DNA of 32,000 nucleotides from Candidatus Brocadia sp. (GCA_021650915.1 CP091279.1:3630001-3662000); one strand, 5' to 3'. Counted from the first letter of the stretch, positions 17,187-27,207 are shown. Notes: generated by a model from the sequence alone, not told the origin. A program made the numbers and translations.

Positions 17187-17678
17187 TTATCTATTCTCTT
17201 ATTAATCGTCTCATAATAGAACACACATTAAGCTGTCCGTTTAGCGCTTCAATATTGGAGAAGGAAAGCATACGACGAATCAATACAATTATGAGACCCT
17301 TAATAATTATAAGAACCTTATTGGGAAAGATTAACCATGTTTAAAAAACAACACGGGTATTTTGAGAGGCACAGAGGTCTCGTAATATGTCCAATGATCA
17401 ATTTACCTGATGATTGCGGCAAATATGCGATTTAATAGATTTGTAAGAGAGACAGGAAGATCCCTTTTCAAGGAGACTGGCTGATTATAATAGCACTTTA
17501 CAGGAACAAATCAATACAAATTGGTTATGCTTTAGGGATGTGATCAACAATGATTAAAAAAAACAAGAATATTATACCCATCCAAAAAAATAAATGGGCT
17601 AAACGATCCCAGTGTTTATATTTATTAATGGGAAAATTTGGAAATATTTTATTGACCCCGAAAGGTATTAAAAAACCC

Positions 17679-17903
17679 TTATAGAATTTGTCGAAAATCG
17701 TCTTGCTCTGGTATTTTACTGGCTATTATTCCACTACACATACCAGAAAGAACAAAGCATAATAGAAAACATACCAATAACCAAAAAGGGCTACTGCTAT
17801 TCTGAAATATAATAAACTTGCCCGCAATCATGCTTATGATACAAGTACCTATGAAAAATTTGTAATAATCCATCAAAAGTTTAAGTCTATCCATTTCATC
17901 CAT
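17679..17903 (-). CDS. Possible small membrane protein (74 aa) in the AT-rich spacer
   Basis: Two hydrophobic helices (FFIGTCIISMIAGKFIIF and FWLLVCFLLCFVLSGMCSGIIA). No clear SD, and the AT-rich context makes chance ORFs likely. Confidence 0.3.
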   Translation of the reverse strand: MDEMDRLKLLMDYYKFFIGTCIISMIAGKFIIFQNSSSPFWLLVCFLLCFVLSGMCSGIIASKIPEQDDFRQIL

Positions 17904-18395
17904 TCCTTTGTAAATAATTTGCTCAGGTAAACAGACAACGTTTATTCTTTATTATAAATGAACTAACGTAGTTATGAAAGAACTGCAAGATCATATTAAT
18001 CTATCGGGCATACCTTTTCAATCGTTAACTTTTTAGTAGTGTACTTCTAAAGTGTACCTGAAGTTCAATAACCATAAACAATAATAGCCTGGTATGCCCT
18101 TGCTGACATACCAGGCTATTCTGCAAACTCCCTCATATCGTTTTACACCCCTTTCCCCAAAGATTTCCGATGCCTTTATCAGTATTCGATTTTTACCAAG
18201 GTACCTTGGATTACTTGCCTAAGAATACTCAGGAGATAAATTACCTTGTATACCTTATAAATACTGAGAATGAAGAGACTATCACACAACGTAAAGGCAT
18301 GGGAAAAGACCGGTGAACAGCCTATAATTTTCTTGCAATAAATTGAAAAATAATTACAATTATCTATATTCTACAGAATCGGAGTTGAAGAAACT

Positions 18396-18534
18396 GTAAC
18401 ACTTTAGTTTTTTGAAAAGGTAGGGGCGAAGCATTTGCCAGCTTGGGGTATAAATACATTTATGCCAATTCATGGCAAATGCTTCGCCCCTACACAGTGC
18501 GGTATTGTAATTTTTCAAAAAACTAAAGCGTTAC
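18396..18534. repeat. 139-bp MITE-like palindromic element
   Basis: Outer arms: GTAACACTTTAGTTTTTTGAAAA and TTTTCAAAAAACTAAAGCGTTAC. Inner arms: GGTAGGGGCGAAGCATTTGCCA and TGGCAAATGCTTCGCCCCTAC. Related termini occur at 25328, 26515 and 28707 (reverse complement). Confidence 0.7.
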
Positions 18535-18599
18535 AAGAAACACAGGAACATGCGGCATCTTATAATGATTGATTTGGATTCACGATAAGGAGATAGTGT

Positions 18600-19562
18600 T
18601 TGTCTGAAAAAACCGTGGCAGAACTTGAGAATTTAATCCTGGAGATTGAACACCAAATTGAGGATTTGCAAAGCGCTTCCTCAAATGACCACCTTGACCG
18701 GGGCACAGAGATACAGCATTTGAGGGAAAGGCGGGAACGCCTTCAGGTGAGACTATGCACGAAATTAACTCCTTACGATATTGTCAAGCTCGCCCGGCAT
18801 CCCTTGCGGCCCCTTTCCGCAGATTATGTTAATATGATGATTGATGATTTCGTCGAACTGCACGGCGATAAACGTTTCGGAGACGACAAGGCGATGATCT
18901 GCGGGTTGGGAAAAATCGGGAAGGAAAGGATTTTATTTATCGGACAGCAGAAAGGCAAGAGCACGAAGGAACGGATTGCATGTAATTTTGGGATGCCGAA
19001 TCCTGAAGGTTACAGAAAGGCGTTACAAAAGATGAAGCTTGCAGAAAAATTTCATCTGCCCGTCGTCACCCTTATCGACACACCGGGCGCGAATCCCGAT
19101 ATTGGCGCAGAGGAACGGGGACAGGCCCATGCAATTGCAGAAAATATTTATGAGATGTGCCGTTTGAAAACCCCGATTATCAATATCGTTATCGGCGAAG
19201 GTGGGAGTGGCGGCGCTTTAGGGATTGGGATTGGCGACAAATTTGCCATTTTGGAATATGCTTATTACTCTGTCATCTCACCGGAAGGCTGCGCAGCAAT
19301 CTTGTGGAAAAATGCTGAAAATGCCCCGGCGTCGGCTATGGCATTGCAGCTTACCGCAAAGGACCTCTTGCGCTTTGGCGTGGTTGACGAAGTTATCCCT
19401 GAGCCACTCGGCGCAGCGCACAAAAACCCTAAGGCTATGGCCGACATTCTTAAGACGCAAATAACGAAATATTTGGCAGAATTGAAGGGCGTTCCTATGA
19501 ACGATCTTATAGCAAATCGGTATGCGAGATACCGAAAGGTTGGTAAATATCGGGAAGAATAA
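18600..19562 (+). CDS. accA: Acetyl-CoA carboxylase carboxyltransferase subunit alpha
   Basis: 320 aa with RHPLRPLSADYV, FIGQQKG, TLIDTPGA, ERGQAHAIA, GEGGSGGALG and SVISPEGCA. TTG start after AAGGAG. Confidence 0.92.
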   Translation: MSEKTVAELENLILEIEHQIEDLQSASSNDHLDRGTEIQHLRERRERLQVRLCTKLTPYDIVKLARHPLRPLSADYVNMMIDDFVELHGDKRFGDDKAMICGLGKIGKERILFIGQQKGKSTKERIACNFGMPNPEGYRKALQKMKLAEKFHLPVVTLIDTPGANPDIGAEERGQAHAIAENIYEMCRLKTPIINIVIGEGGSGGALGIGIGDKFAILEYAYYSVISPEGCAAILWKNAENAPASAMALQLTAKDLLRFGVVDEVIPEPLGAAHKNPKAMADILKTQITKYLAELKGVPMNDLIANRYARYRKVGKYREE

Positions 19563-19706
19563 GAAGCAACGTCTTGCATCATAACCCGAATGAGTCTGAT
19601 GGGCGCCAAAGGTGGCGCAGCGTTACAATCTTTCCTAAAATCCTGCATGAAGTGGCATGCGACACTCCACAAAAACGATTTTACCGGCAAGGTAAAAATT
19701 CATCTC

Positions 19707-20627
19707 TCAAGGATGCGAAACCGGCGCTTCCCCGTCCGAGCTCTTTCCGGATAATTTATTCAAAAGATCCCGCACCTTTTTCATATCCTCCCAGACCTTT
19801 GCCTTGTCATTGGGATTCCTCAGGAGATAGGCAGGATGGAAGGTGACCATCATGGGGGTGCCCTTGTAATCGTGGAATCTTCCCCGTAAAGTGCCTACGG
19901 GGGCCCTGGTATTGAGTAACGTCTGCGCGGCAAAAGTGCCCAGGGCGCACAAGACCTTTGGCTGGATAATCCCGATCTGTTTCAGGAGATAGGGTATGCA
20001 GAGGGCAATTTCATCCGGGAGGGGATTGCGGTTTCCCGGCGGGCGGCACTTCAGGACGTTGGCAATATACACGTCGCTGCGCTTCAGGCCAATGGCCTCA
20101 ATAATTTTGGTGAGTAATTGTCCTGCGCGTCCAACAAAGGGTTCGCCCTGAAGATCTTCGTCGCGTCCTGGCGCCTCGCCCACGAACATCAAGGTTGCCC
20201 GGGGATTACCTGCGCCAAAAACAAGATTGGTGCGCGTCTTACCCAGGGGGCATTGGTGGCAAGCCTGCATTTCATTCCTCAGCGCTTCCAGGTTCTGCAC
20301 CTGTCCTTCTCCCCCGGTCGCGGAAGTTTGAGTGCTGCGTTGCCTGGAGGTGTTCCGGGACAAATACCCGTCAGTTCCTTCCGCCAGCTTGCAAACTGGT
20401 CCGCCGCTATCAGGGTTTTTCAGGGGCTGCTTCTCAGGGGAGGGGTGGCGCGGCTGCGGTTCACTTGGCTCGTTTGGCCGGGAAAGGGTAATGGTGTCGA
20501 TTCCCCACCCCTTTTCCATTTCCGTCCGGGTTCTCACCGCACGAAGTATGGATCGTAACTCTTTTTTTATTTCATCTGCAGACATGGTAATAGTCCGACA
20601 TGGTTTCCTGTGAGTATTGCCGAACAC
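19707..20627 (-). CDS. udg: Family 4 (Fe-S) uracil-DNA glycosylase with an N-terminal extension of about 110 aa
   Basis: CHQCPL..., FVGEAPGRDEDLQGEPFVGRAG, NVLKCRPPGNRNP and TFHPAYLLRNP. The start is ambiguous: GTG 20627 or ATG 20585. Confidence 0.85.
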   Translation of the reverse strand: MFGNTHRKPCRTITMSADEIKKELRSILRAVRTRTEMEKGWGIDTITLSRPNEPSEPQPRHPSPEKQPLKNPDSGGPVCKLAEGTDGYLSRNTSRQRSTQTSATGGEGQVQNLEALRNEMQACHQCPLGKTRTNLVFGAGNPRATLMFVGEAPGRDEDLQGEPFVGRAGQLLTKIIEAIGLKRSDVYIANVLKCRPPGNRNPLPDEIALCIPYLLKQIGIIQPKVLCALGTFAAQTLLNTRAPVGTLRGRFHDYKGTPMMVTFHPAYLLRNPNDKAKVWEDMKKVRDLLNKLSGKSSDGEAPVSHP

Positions 20628-20739
20628 CTCTTCCTTTTGATCCGGTTTTTCACAACTCCCTTGGCGCTCCTTTGTAAAAGGGGATGTGGTTGTGGTTTAT
20701 GGTGACGGGTTGTTATCAGTCTGAGGCGCCGCCTTTATT

Positions 20740-21777
20740 TTACAGGAAGGCCTTCTCTAATTCTCCAAGAATGAGTTGCTGCACTTCGGCAATAGTGCCT
20801 TGTATTTCACAGCCGGCGGCATACTTATGGCCGCCGCCGCCAAACTTTTTTGCAACGTCGTTTACATTAAACCCATTTCTGCTTCTGAAACTTGCCTTAA
20901 TCCAGTTGGGTTTTGTCATCTCACGGAGCAGCACCCCAACGGTCACCCCCTCGATTGACACGGGAATGTCGGCAAATTCCTGCGTGTCGATAGCGTTGAT
21001 CTTCGCCTTCTCCAGCATCTCTTTTGTCAGCCAGATGACGGCAATCCGGTTCCCGGCGTGGAGGCCGACCGTGTTGAGCACCCGGGCGCGCAACTGGATC
21101 AGGGGAAAACTATTCGTGTTGTAAACATTTTTCGAAATTTCTTCATGCCGTGCACCGCGTTCAATGAGAAATGCAGCAGCCCTGAGCGCCGCAGGGGTCG
21201 TATTGCTGTGGGTAAACCGGCCCGTATCCGTTACGATTGCTACATATAAGGCCGTTGCCATATCCGGGGTAATATCAATGTCCATCTCCCTCAAAAGAGT
21301 CAGAACAATTTCCCCCGTGGCGCACATATCCTCCGCAACCCAATTGACCGCGCCAAAATATTCATTCGAGATGTGATGGTCTACATTGATAATTTTCGCA
21401 TCTTCGGGAATAATTTCCTGTATCATGCCGAGACGCTCAAGAGTGGGGCTATCGAGGGCAAAAACAACCTCTGCGCGATCTTTTGGGGAATCTGGGTAGA
21501 TATAAACCCCTTCCGGCGGAATGATGAATTGATACATCTGGGGAGTTGGGGAATCGTTGGCGATACAGACCGTTTTTCCCATGCTCCTGAGGGCATGATA
21601 GAGAGCCACTTCCGATCCGATACCGTCTCCGTCTGCCCGGACGTGGGTAGTAATGAGGAAGCGCTGATAGCGTTTTACCATGCTACAGATTTCTTCCCCA
21701 TGCATCTTGACGATCGTGTCTTCCACTGGTTTCCCTCCCCTGATCAGAACGCAACATCGTGCGCTGAACACAGTCAT
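20740..21777 (-). CDS. nrnA: DHH/DHHA1 phosphoesterase (NrnA-like oligoribonuclease / pAp phosphatase)
   Basis: HVRADGDGIGS, NVDHHISN and GGGGHKYAAG (DHHA1). The track ORF extends to 21942, but homologues are about 320-345 aa. ATG 21777 follows GGAAGA; 21705 is an alternative start. Confidence 0.82.
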   Translation of the reverse strand: MTVFSARCCVLIRGGKPVEDTIVKMHGEEICSMVKRYQRFLITTHVRADGDGIGSEVALYHALRSMGKTVCIANDSPTPQMYQFIIPPEGVYIYPDSPKDRAEVVFALDSPTLERLGMIQEIIPEDAKIINVDHHISNEYFGAVNWVAEDMCATGEIVLTLLREMDIDITPDMATALYVAIVTDTGRFTHSNTTPAALRAAAFLIERGARHEEISKNVYNTNSFPLIQLRARVLNTVGLHAGNRIAVIWLTKEMLEKAKINAIDTQEFADIPVSIEGVTVGVLLREMTKPNWIKASFRSRNGFNVNDVAKKFGGGGHKYAAGCEIQGTIAEVQQLILGELEKAFL

Positions 21778-21964
21778 TTTGTCTTCCATTCGTTGCCAAG
21801 AAAGGGCGATTATAGGGGAAACAGAGCCCTTTGTCAAACCTTCTTTTCCCTTGCATTTTATTCGTTGATACGTTACCATGAGAATTTGTAAGAAAATTGT
21901 TTTTTTCTCATAATCTTCATGGTGAAATAATCTCAAGAGCATTGTTTAAAAAGGCAGGGGTGAT

Positions 21965-24343
21965 ATGTACAAGATCGTTGAAAAGACAAAGATCGCAGAA
22001 TCTAATTTCTTGATGAAAATTGAAGCGCCCAAGATTGCCAGTAAGAGAAAGGCCGGACAATTTGTCATGCTTCGCATAGATGAACCGGGGGAAAGAATAC
22101 CCTTAACCATTGCCGGATCCGATACCGTTCGCGGCACCATTACGATCATCTTCCAGGTTGCAGGCGATACGACCCGGCAGTTGTCCACCTTAAACGCCGG
22201 TGATTACTTGCTTGATGTCGTAGGGCCATTAGGACATCCAACCCACATTGAAAATTTTGGAACCGTGGTCTGTATTGGCGGTGGTCTGGGTATTGCCCTG
22301 GTGATGCCAATCGCTCAGGCGCTCCATGATGCCGGCAATACGTTAATATCTATTATTAGCGCAAGAAACAAGGATTTGCTGATTTGCGAAAAGGAGATGG
22401 AGGCGTGCAGCAACGAGTTCATGGTCGCCACGGACGATGGCTCCAAAGGCATCAAGGGCTTTCCCACGCAAATACTCCAGGATATGATTAACAAGGGCAG
22501 GAAGATTGACGTTGTTTTCGCCGTAGGACCGGTGCCGCTCATGGCTGCTGTCAGCAAACTCACAAAACCGTATAACATTAAGACGATCGTGAGTCTGAAT
22601 CCTATTATGGTGGATGGGACCGGCATGTGCGGCTGTTGCAGGGTCTTAATCGATAATAAGCCCAAGTTTGTCTGTGTGGACGGTCCGGAGTTTGACGGAC
22701 ACCAGGTGGATTATGAAAATTTATCACAGCGTTTGAAAACTTACGCAAACAAAGAACCGCGCGTGCCCAGTGTAAGCCAGGATAGTTCCTGCTGGAAACC
22801 GCCGGAAGACCGGGCGGGCACGGTTCACAAACCCGCCGTCTCAATGCATGCCTCTGAAGGACATGCCGTTATTGATCAACTGGCCGCGGGTCTTTCTGGT
22901 GCCGAGGCGGGCGGAGGAAAACCGGCCGCAAGGAAGATGGGCGCTATCCCGCGGCAGAAGATGCCGGAACAGGAGCCCAAAAACAGAATAAAGAATTTTG
23001 AGGAGGTGCCGCACGGATACACCCCGGAAATGGCCCGGCAGGAGGCGCTGCGATGCCTGCAGTGTAAGAAACCCCTGTGCTGTGACGGGTGTCCGGTAAG
23101 CATTGATATTCCCGGATTTATCAAGCTCATTGCCGAAGGCGATTTTCTTGCCGCGGCAAAGAAGATTAAAGAGACAAACGCCCTGCCCGCCGTTTGTGGC
23201 CGGGTATGTCCGCAGGAAGATCAATGTGAGAAGGTGTGTATTGTCGGCAAGAAATTCAAACCGGTGGCCATTGGGAATCTGGAACGTTTTGTGGCTGATT
23301 ATGAACGAAACCACGGCGCCGTGGAAATACCAACGATACCGGAGAAGACCGGTTATAAGGTAGCCATTGTCGGCGCTGGCCCCGCAGGCCTTGCCTGTGC
23401 GGGCGAGTTAATCAAGATGGGGCACGACGTAACGATATTCGAGGCGTTGCATAAGGCCGGAGGCGTGCTGGTCTACGGGATTCCGGAATTCAGATTACCC
23501 AAGACGATTGTAGCCTCCGAGGTGGAGTACCTCCGGAAATTAGGAGTCAGGGTCGAGCTGAATGCCGTTGTTGGCAAGGCGCAAACGGTGGATGACTTAT
23601 TGCAGAACGGTTTCGACGCCGTCTTTGTTGGCACCGGCGCCGGATTGCCCATGTTTATGGGAATTCCGGGAGAAAACCTGAACGGCGTTTATTCCGCGAA
23701 CGAGTACCTGACCAGGGTAAACCTGATGAGGGCGTATAATACAACCTACGCCACTCCTATTGCCATGCGAAAGAATGTGGCCGTGATAGGAGCCGGAAAC
23801 GTTGCCATGGACGCAGCCCGGACGGCGTTGCGCCTGGGCGCGGAGAATGTGTACATCGTGTACCGGCGTTCCCGGGAAGAAATGCCTGCAAGAGTTGAAG
23901 AAATTCACCATGGAGAAGAAGAAGGTTTGCAGTTCAGGTTCCTCACAAATCCTATACGGATCTTAGGGGATGAAAAAGGCTGGGTCAAAGGCCTGGAGTG
24001 CGTGCGCATGGAGCTGGGAGAACCAGATGAATCCGGGAGAAGGCGTCCCATCCCGGTGAAGGGATCGGAGTTTGTGATCGACGTCGAGTGTCTGATCATG
24101 TCCATTGGCAACGGCCCCAATCCCCTGGTTCAATCCACGACACCCGATATCCAGGTAAATAAATGGGGCAATATTGTCGCAGATCCGGAGACGTGCAAGA
24201 CGAGCAAGGAAGGGGTCTTTGCTGGCGGCGACATCGTGACGGGCGCTGCAACCGTAATCCTGGCCATGGGCGCAGGCAAAAAGGCGGCAAAGGCGATTGA
24301 CGCCTATGTAAGGTCGAAAAAACCGGTCGCCATGGCGAGCTAG
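21965..24343 (+). CDS. nfnAB: Fused NfnA-NfnB-type oxidoreductase. The N-terminal part is an FAD/[2Fe-2S] ferredoxin-NADP reductase-like subunit. The C-terminal part is a GltD/SudA-like FAD + 2x[4Fe-4S] subunit.
   Basis: Residues 1-265 align closely with remembered T. maritima NfnA (GQFVMLRI..GERIPLTIA, LNPIMVDGTGMCGCCRV, FVCVDGPEFDGH). A low-complexity linker of about 65 aa follows. The remainder is GltD-like (EALRCLQCKKPLC, VCGRVCPQEDQCE, VAIVGAGPAGLACAG, GAGNVAMDAART, VFAGGDIVTGAATVI). Confidence 0.88.
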   Translation: MYKIVEKTKIAESNFLMKIEAPKIASKRKAGQFVMLRIDEPGERIPLTIAGSDTVRGTITIIFQVAGDTTRQLSTLNAGDYLLDVVGPLGHPTHIENFGTVVCIGGGLGIALVMPIAQALHDAGNTLISIISARNKDLLICEKEMEACSNEFMVATDDGSKGIKGFPTQILQDMINKGRKIDVVFAVGPVPLMAAVSKLTKPYNIKTIVSLNPIMVDGTGMCGCCRVLIDNKPKFVCVDGPEFDGHQVDYENLSQRLKTYANKEPRVPSVSQDSSCWKPPEDRAGTVHKPAVSMHASEGHAVIDQLAAGLSGAEAGGGKPAARKMGAIPRQKMPEQEPKNRIKNFEEVPHGYTPEMARQEALRCLQCKKPLCCDGCPVSIDIPGFIKLIAEGDFLAAAKKIKETNALPAVCGRVCPQEDQCEKVCIVGKKFKPVAIGNLERFVADYERNHGAVEIPTIPEKTGYKVAIVGAGPAGLACAGELIKMGHDVTIFEALHKAGGVLVYGIPEFRLPKTIVASEVEYLRKLGVRVELNAVVGKAQTVDDLLQNGFDAVFVGTGAGLPMFMGIPGENLNGVYSANEYLTRVNLMRAYNTTYATPIAMRKNVAVIGAGNVAMDAARTALRLGAENVYIVYRRSREEMPARVEEIHHGEEEGLQFRFLTNPIRILGDEKGWVKGLECVRMELGEPDESGRRRPIPVKGSEFVIDVECLIMSIGNGPNPLVQSTTPDIQVNKWGNIVADPETCKTSKEGVFAGGDIVTGAATVILAMGAGKKAAKAIDAYVRSKKPVAMAS

Positions 24344-24347
24344 AACC

Positions 24348-24548
24348 ATGAGAGTTGCGTTAAACGGCGAGATAAAGGAATGCCCGGAAGGAACCACGAT
24401 AGAAGACCTGCTTGATTTGTATAAAATTGACAAAAACCGTGTTGCCGTAGAATTGAATTTACATATCATCCCAAGAAAAGAACTTTCTACACGAATGCTG
24501 AGGGATGCAGACGCACTGGAGGTTGTGACCTTTGTTGGCGGCGGATAA
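24348..24548 (+). CDS. thiS: Sulfur carrier protein ThiS
   Basis: 66 aa with a ubiquitin-like length and a C-terminal GG (…VVTFVGGG). It lies immediately upstream of and overlaps thiG. Confidence 0.85.
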   Translation: MRVALNGEIKECPEGTTIEDLLDLYKIDKNRVAVELNLHIIPRKELSTRMLRDADALEVVTFVGGG

Positions 24549-25326
24549 GATCGAAAAGAGGATAGAGAACACCCCTCTAAAGATCGGGAGGTATGAGTTT
24601 ACCTCCCGGCTTTTTGTTGGCACCGGCAAATATCCTTCCATGGAAATTATGAAAGACGCCCTGGAGGCCAGTGGCGCAGAGGTCGTTACGGTAGCCGTTC
24701 GCCGGGTAAAGATCAGCGAGACGACGTCCCTGTTAGACTATATCGATACCAGGAGATACAAGATATTGCCCAACACGGCGGGGTGTTATTCAGCAGAAGA
24801 GGCGATCAGGACGGCGCGCCTTGCGCGGGAGGCAGGCATGTCCGATATGATTAAATTAGAAGTGCTCGGTGACGAAAAGACCCTCTTGCCAGATCCGGTG
24901 GAAACGTTAAAAGCAACTGAGACGCTGGTAAAAGAGGGATTTACGGTGCTCGTGTATACCTCTGATGACCCGATTATTGCCCGGAAACTGGAAGATGCGG
25001 GCGCAACCAGTGTTATGCCCGCGGGTGCGCCGATTGGGTCAGGACAGGGCATTTTAAATAAGAATAACATACGGATTATCCTCGAATCGGCAAAGGTACC
25101 TGTTATCGTTGATGCAGGCGTTGGCACGGCCTCAGACGTCTCTCTTGCCATGGAACTGGGCTGTGAGGGGGTATTGCTGAATACGGGAATTGCCCTTGCT
25201 AAAGACCCCGTCTGCATGGCAAAGGCAATGAGACTGGCATGTGAGGCAGGACGACTCGCTTTCCTTTCCGGACGCATACCCAAGAGACTTTACGCAAAAG
25301 CCAGCAGCCCTGAAAAAGATTTTTAG
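24532..25326 (+). CDS. thiG: Thiazole synthase ThiG
   Basis: 264 aa with [41 protein letters not shown] and [12 protein letters not shown]. Confidence 0.92.
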   Translation: MLAADKIEKRIENTPLKIGRYEFTSRLFVGTGKYPSMEIMKDALEASGAEVVTVAVRRVKISETTSLLDYIDTRRYKILPNTAGCYSAEEAIRTARLAREAGMSDMIKLEVLGDEKTLLPDPVETLKATETLVKEGFTVLVYTSDDPIIARKLEDAGATSVMPAGAPIGSGQGILNKNNIRIILESAKVPVIVDAGVGTASDVSLAMELGCEGVLLNTGIALAKDPVCMAKAMRLACEAGRLAFLSGRIPKRLYAKASSPEKDF

Positions 25327-25327
25327 T

Positions 25328-25610
25328 GTAACAATGTAGCTTTTTGAAAATTTTTCGTATCTCTTCAGCGTACTTTCGCTCACCATCACTACGAGTGAAC
25401 AAAATAGCGCTTCTTTAATCCCGAAGGGATGTCATGATTATAGCATATCGTTATGCAATTATGGTCAACCCCGTAAGGGGTGACATAGTATCGCTATTTT
25501 CCCGATATTTCACCCCTTACGGGGTTGAATAAGGTGGCATGGACAAACTCTGTTTGTCCGTGCTGAACTACTATAAATCACAAATTGTGAGCCTGTGGAG
25601 TATAAATTGT
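25328..25610. repeat. Composite hairpin-repeat block L, the inverted partner of 28215-28707
   Basis: It contains a GTAACAATGTAGCTTTTTGAAAA terminus and an IS66-TIR-like GTATCTCTTCAGCGTAC. It also has the arm AATCCCGAAGGGATGTCATGATTATAG and the hairpins CAACCCCGTAAGGGGTG/CACCCCTTACGGGGTTG and GGACAAAC-TCT-GTTTGTCC. About 88% of roughly 205 bp match the reverse complement of 28497-28710. Confidence 0.75.
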
Positions 25611-25721
25611 TAGTTTTTAGTCTGGTCATTCCCGCCCGGGGAAATTTTATCCTGCAACACCGGAGAGACAGTCTTCATCACCTTGCTATTTTTTAAAACG
25701 GAAGGAATTTTTGAATCTCTT

Positions 25722-26498
25722 ATGCTTGCGAAAAGAATCATACCGTGTCTGGACGTCAAGGACGGGCGGGTCGTCAAAGGAACCAATTTCTTAAATTTGA
25801 AAGACGCCGGAGACCCGGTAGAAATAGCGGCATTATACGACAGAGAAGGCGCCGACGAACTAACCTTCCTCGACATTACCGCCTCCCATGAAAACAGGAA
25901 CATCATTCTTGACGTTGTAAAAAGAACTGCTGAACAGGTATTTATGCCGTTAACCGTTGGTGGAGGCATCCGTAATATTGACGACATCCGTCGGCTGCTC
26001 ACTGCAGGTGCAGATAAGGTCTCTATCAATACGGCGGCAGTGAAAGAGCCGGAGTTTATTACCAAGGCCTCCCGGCGATTTGGTAGCCAGTGCATCGTGA
26101 TCGCGATCGACGCAAAAAGGGTACAAGGCAATTTTGAAACACCACGATGGGAAGTTTACATAAATGGCGGCAGGACACCTACCGGCCTCGATGCCGTTGA
26201 ATGGGCAAAGGCCGCAGAGAATCGGGGAGCCGGTGAAATATTATTGACCAGCATGGACTGTGATGGCACCAGGGATGGGTTTGATATTGCATTAAACAAA
26301 ACGATATCCGAGGCAGTAAACATCCCCGTCATTGCATCCGGCGGGGCCGGTAAGGTAGAGCATTTTTACGATGTTTTTACAAGAGGAAAGGTAGACGCAG
26401 CGCTGGCCGCCTCAATTTTTCATTATAGGACGATTTCCATACAAACCGTGAAGGAATATTTAATAAAAAATGGTGTTAGCATAAGGCCATATAAGTAG
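25722..26498 (+). CDS. hisF: Imidazole glycerol phosphate synthase cyclase subunit HisF
   Basis: [20 protein letters not shown]..., [24 protein letters not shown] and IASGGAG. The track ORF starts 13 codons earlier at a TTG. Confidence 0.92.
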   Translation: MLAKRIIPCLDVKDGRVVKGTNFLNLKDAGDPVEIAALYDREGADELTFLDITASHENRNIILDVVKRTAEQVFMPLTVGGGIRNIDDIRRLLTAGADKVSINTAAVKEPEFITKASRRFGSQCIVIAIDAKRVQGNFETPRWEVYINGGRTPTGLDAVEWAKAAENRGAGEILLTSMDCDGTRDGFDIALNKTISEAVNIPVIASGGAGKVEHFYDVFTRGKVDAALAASIFHYRTISIQTVKEYLIKNGVSIRPYK

Positions 26499-26514
26499 CT
26501 GAATGCCTTTTTTT

Positions 26515-26640
26515 GTAACACGTTCGTTTTTTGAAAAATTCTCTCTCTCTCTGGATAATATTGTCTTGTAGGGGCAGGTTTGATTGAATGAAATGAAACC
26601 CAGCGGATTTTTCAACGTTATGAACGGTTGGTGTTGGGCT
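26515..26640. repeat. Degenerate member of the GTAACA...TTTTTGAAAA repeat family, with a (TC)7 microsatellite
   Basis: GTAACACGTTCGTTTTTTGAAAAATTCTC, then TCTCTCTCTCTCTC, then TGTAGGGGCAGGTTTG (compare GGTAGGGGCGAAGC at 18419). The right end is poorly defined. Confidence 0.45.
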
Positions 26641-26656
26641 TTCTCTTGCGGTCTAC

Positions 26657-26743
26657 CCAACCCGAACGAGTCAGAAAAGCGGGTCAACCCTGTCAGGGTT
26701 ATGTCTATTCACATTTTTGCCAAAGATGTCAAAATGTTTTTTT
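26657..26743. repeat. 87-bp direct repeat, copy 1 (downstream of the PIN gene)
   Basis: About 93% identical to 27549-27635. It contains the perfect palindrome AACCCTGTCAGGGTT (26686-26700). Confidence 0.8.
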
Positions 26744-26763
26744 AGACACTAATTTACACAACG

Positions 26764-27207
26764 TTAAGTCTTATATATGAGGGCTAAGAATCTTGTTACA
26801 GAAATGACGGATATACCGTACTGTATCAAGAAAGAGGAAACCGATTTGTCAAACTTAATATCATCGTCTCTTGTGACAAGAAATGCTGTTTGTCCCTTTA
26901 TCGCTGTTTCAATGATGAGGTTATCATCTTTATCCCGGCAAATAGCAATATCTCCCGAGAGTAAAACAGATTCTGCCCGTTCTTCTACCAGTATTAAGAG
27001 TTCTTTAATATCGTTTTCGGTAATCCCATATTTATCTTTTATCCTTGGACGGTTAAGAACATCTGCAAGTTCTTCAAGTATAGGTTCTGAAATGACAGCA
27101 AGGAAAGCGCCTTCTTCAAAGGATTTTCTTAGTCTGGCGGGAAATCCGAATGGATTAAGCACAGAAGATACCCATATATTGGTATCAATAACAGCCTTAA
27201 CGGCCAC
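26764..27207 (-). CDS. PIN-domain toxin (putative ribonuclease of a type II TA pair)
   Basis: 147 aa with AVIDTNIWVSS, ISEPILEEL and FLVTRDDD acidic motifs. It overlaps the upstream antitoxin gene by 11 nt. Confidence 0.85.
   Translation of the reverse strand: MAVKAVIDTNIWVSSVLNPFGFPARLRKSFEEGAFLAVISEPILEELADVLNRPRIKDKYGITENDIKELLILVEERAESVLLSGDIAICRDKDDNLIIETAIKGQTAFLVTRDDDIKFDKSVSSFLIQYGISVISVTRFLALIYKT

Noticed and set aside
19563-19706. GCGCCA-AAGG-TGGCGC hairpin between the convergent accA and udg genes as a bidirectional terminator
   Set aside because: The stem is short (6 bp) and neither strand has a flanking T-run.
25540-25614. Small ORF MDKLCLSVLNYYKSQ... present in both repeat blocks (also 28038-28292 on the minus strand)
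   Set aside because: It begins inside the GGACAAAC-TCT-GTTTGTCC hairpin of a dispersed repeat. The two copies diverge in length and sequence after 15 codons, so it is better explained as structured repeat DNA than as a gene.
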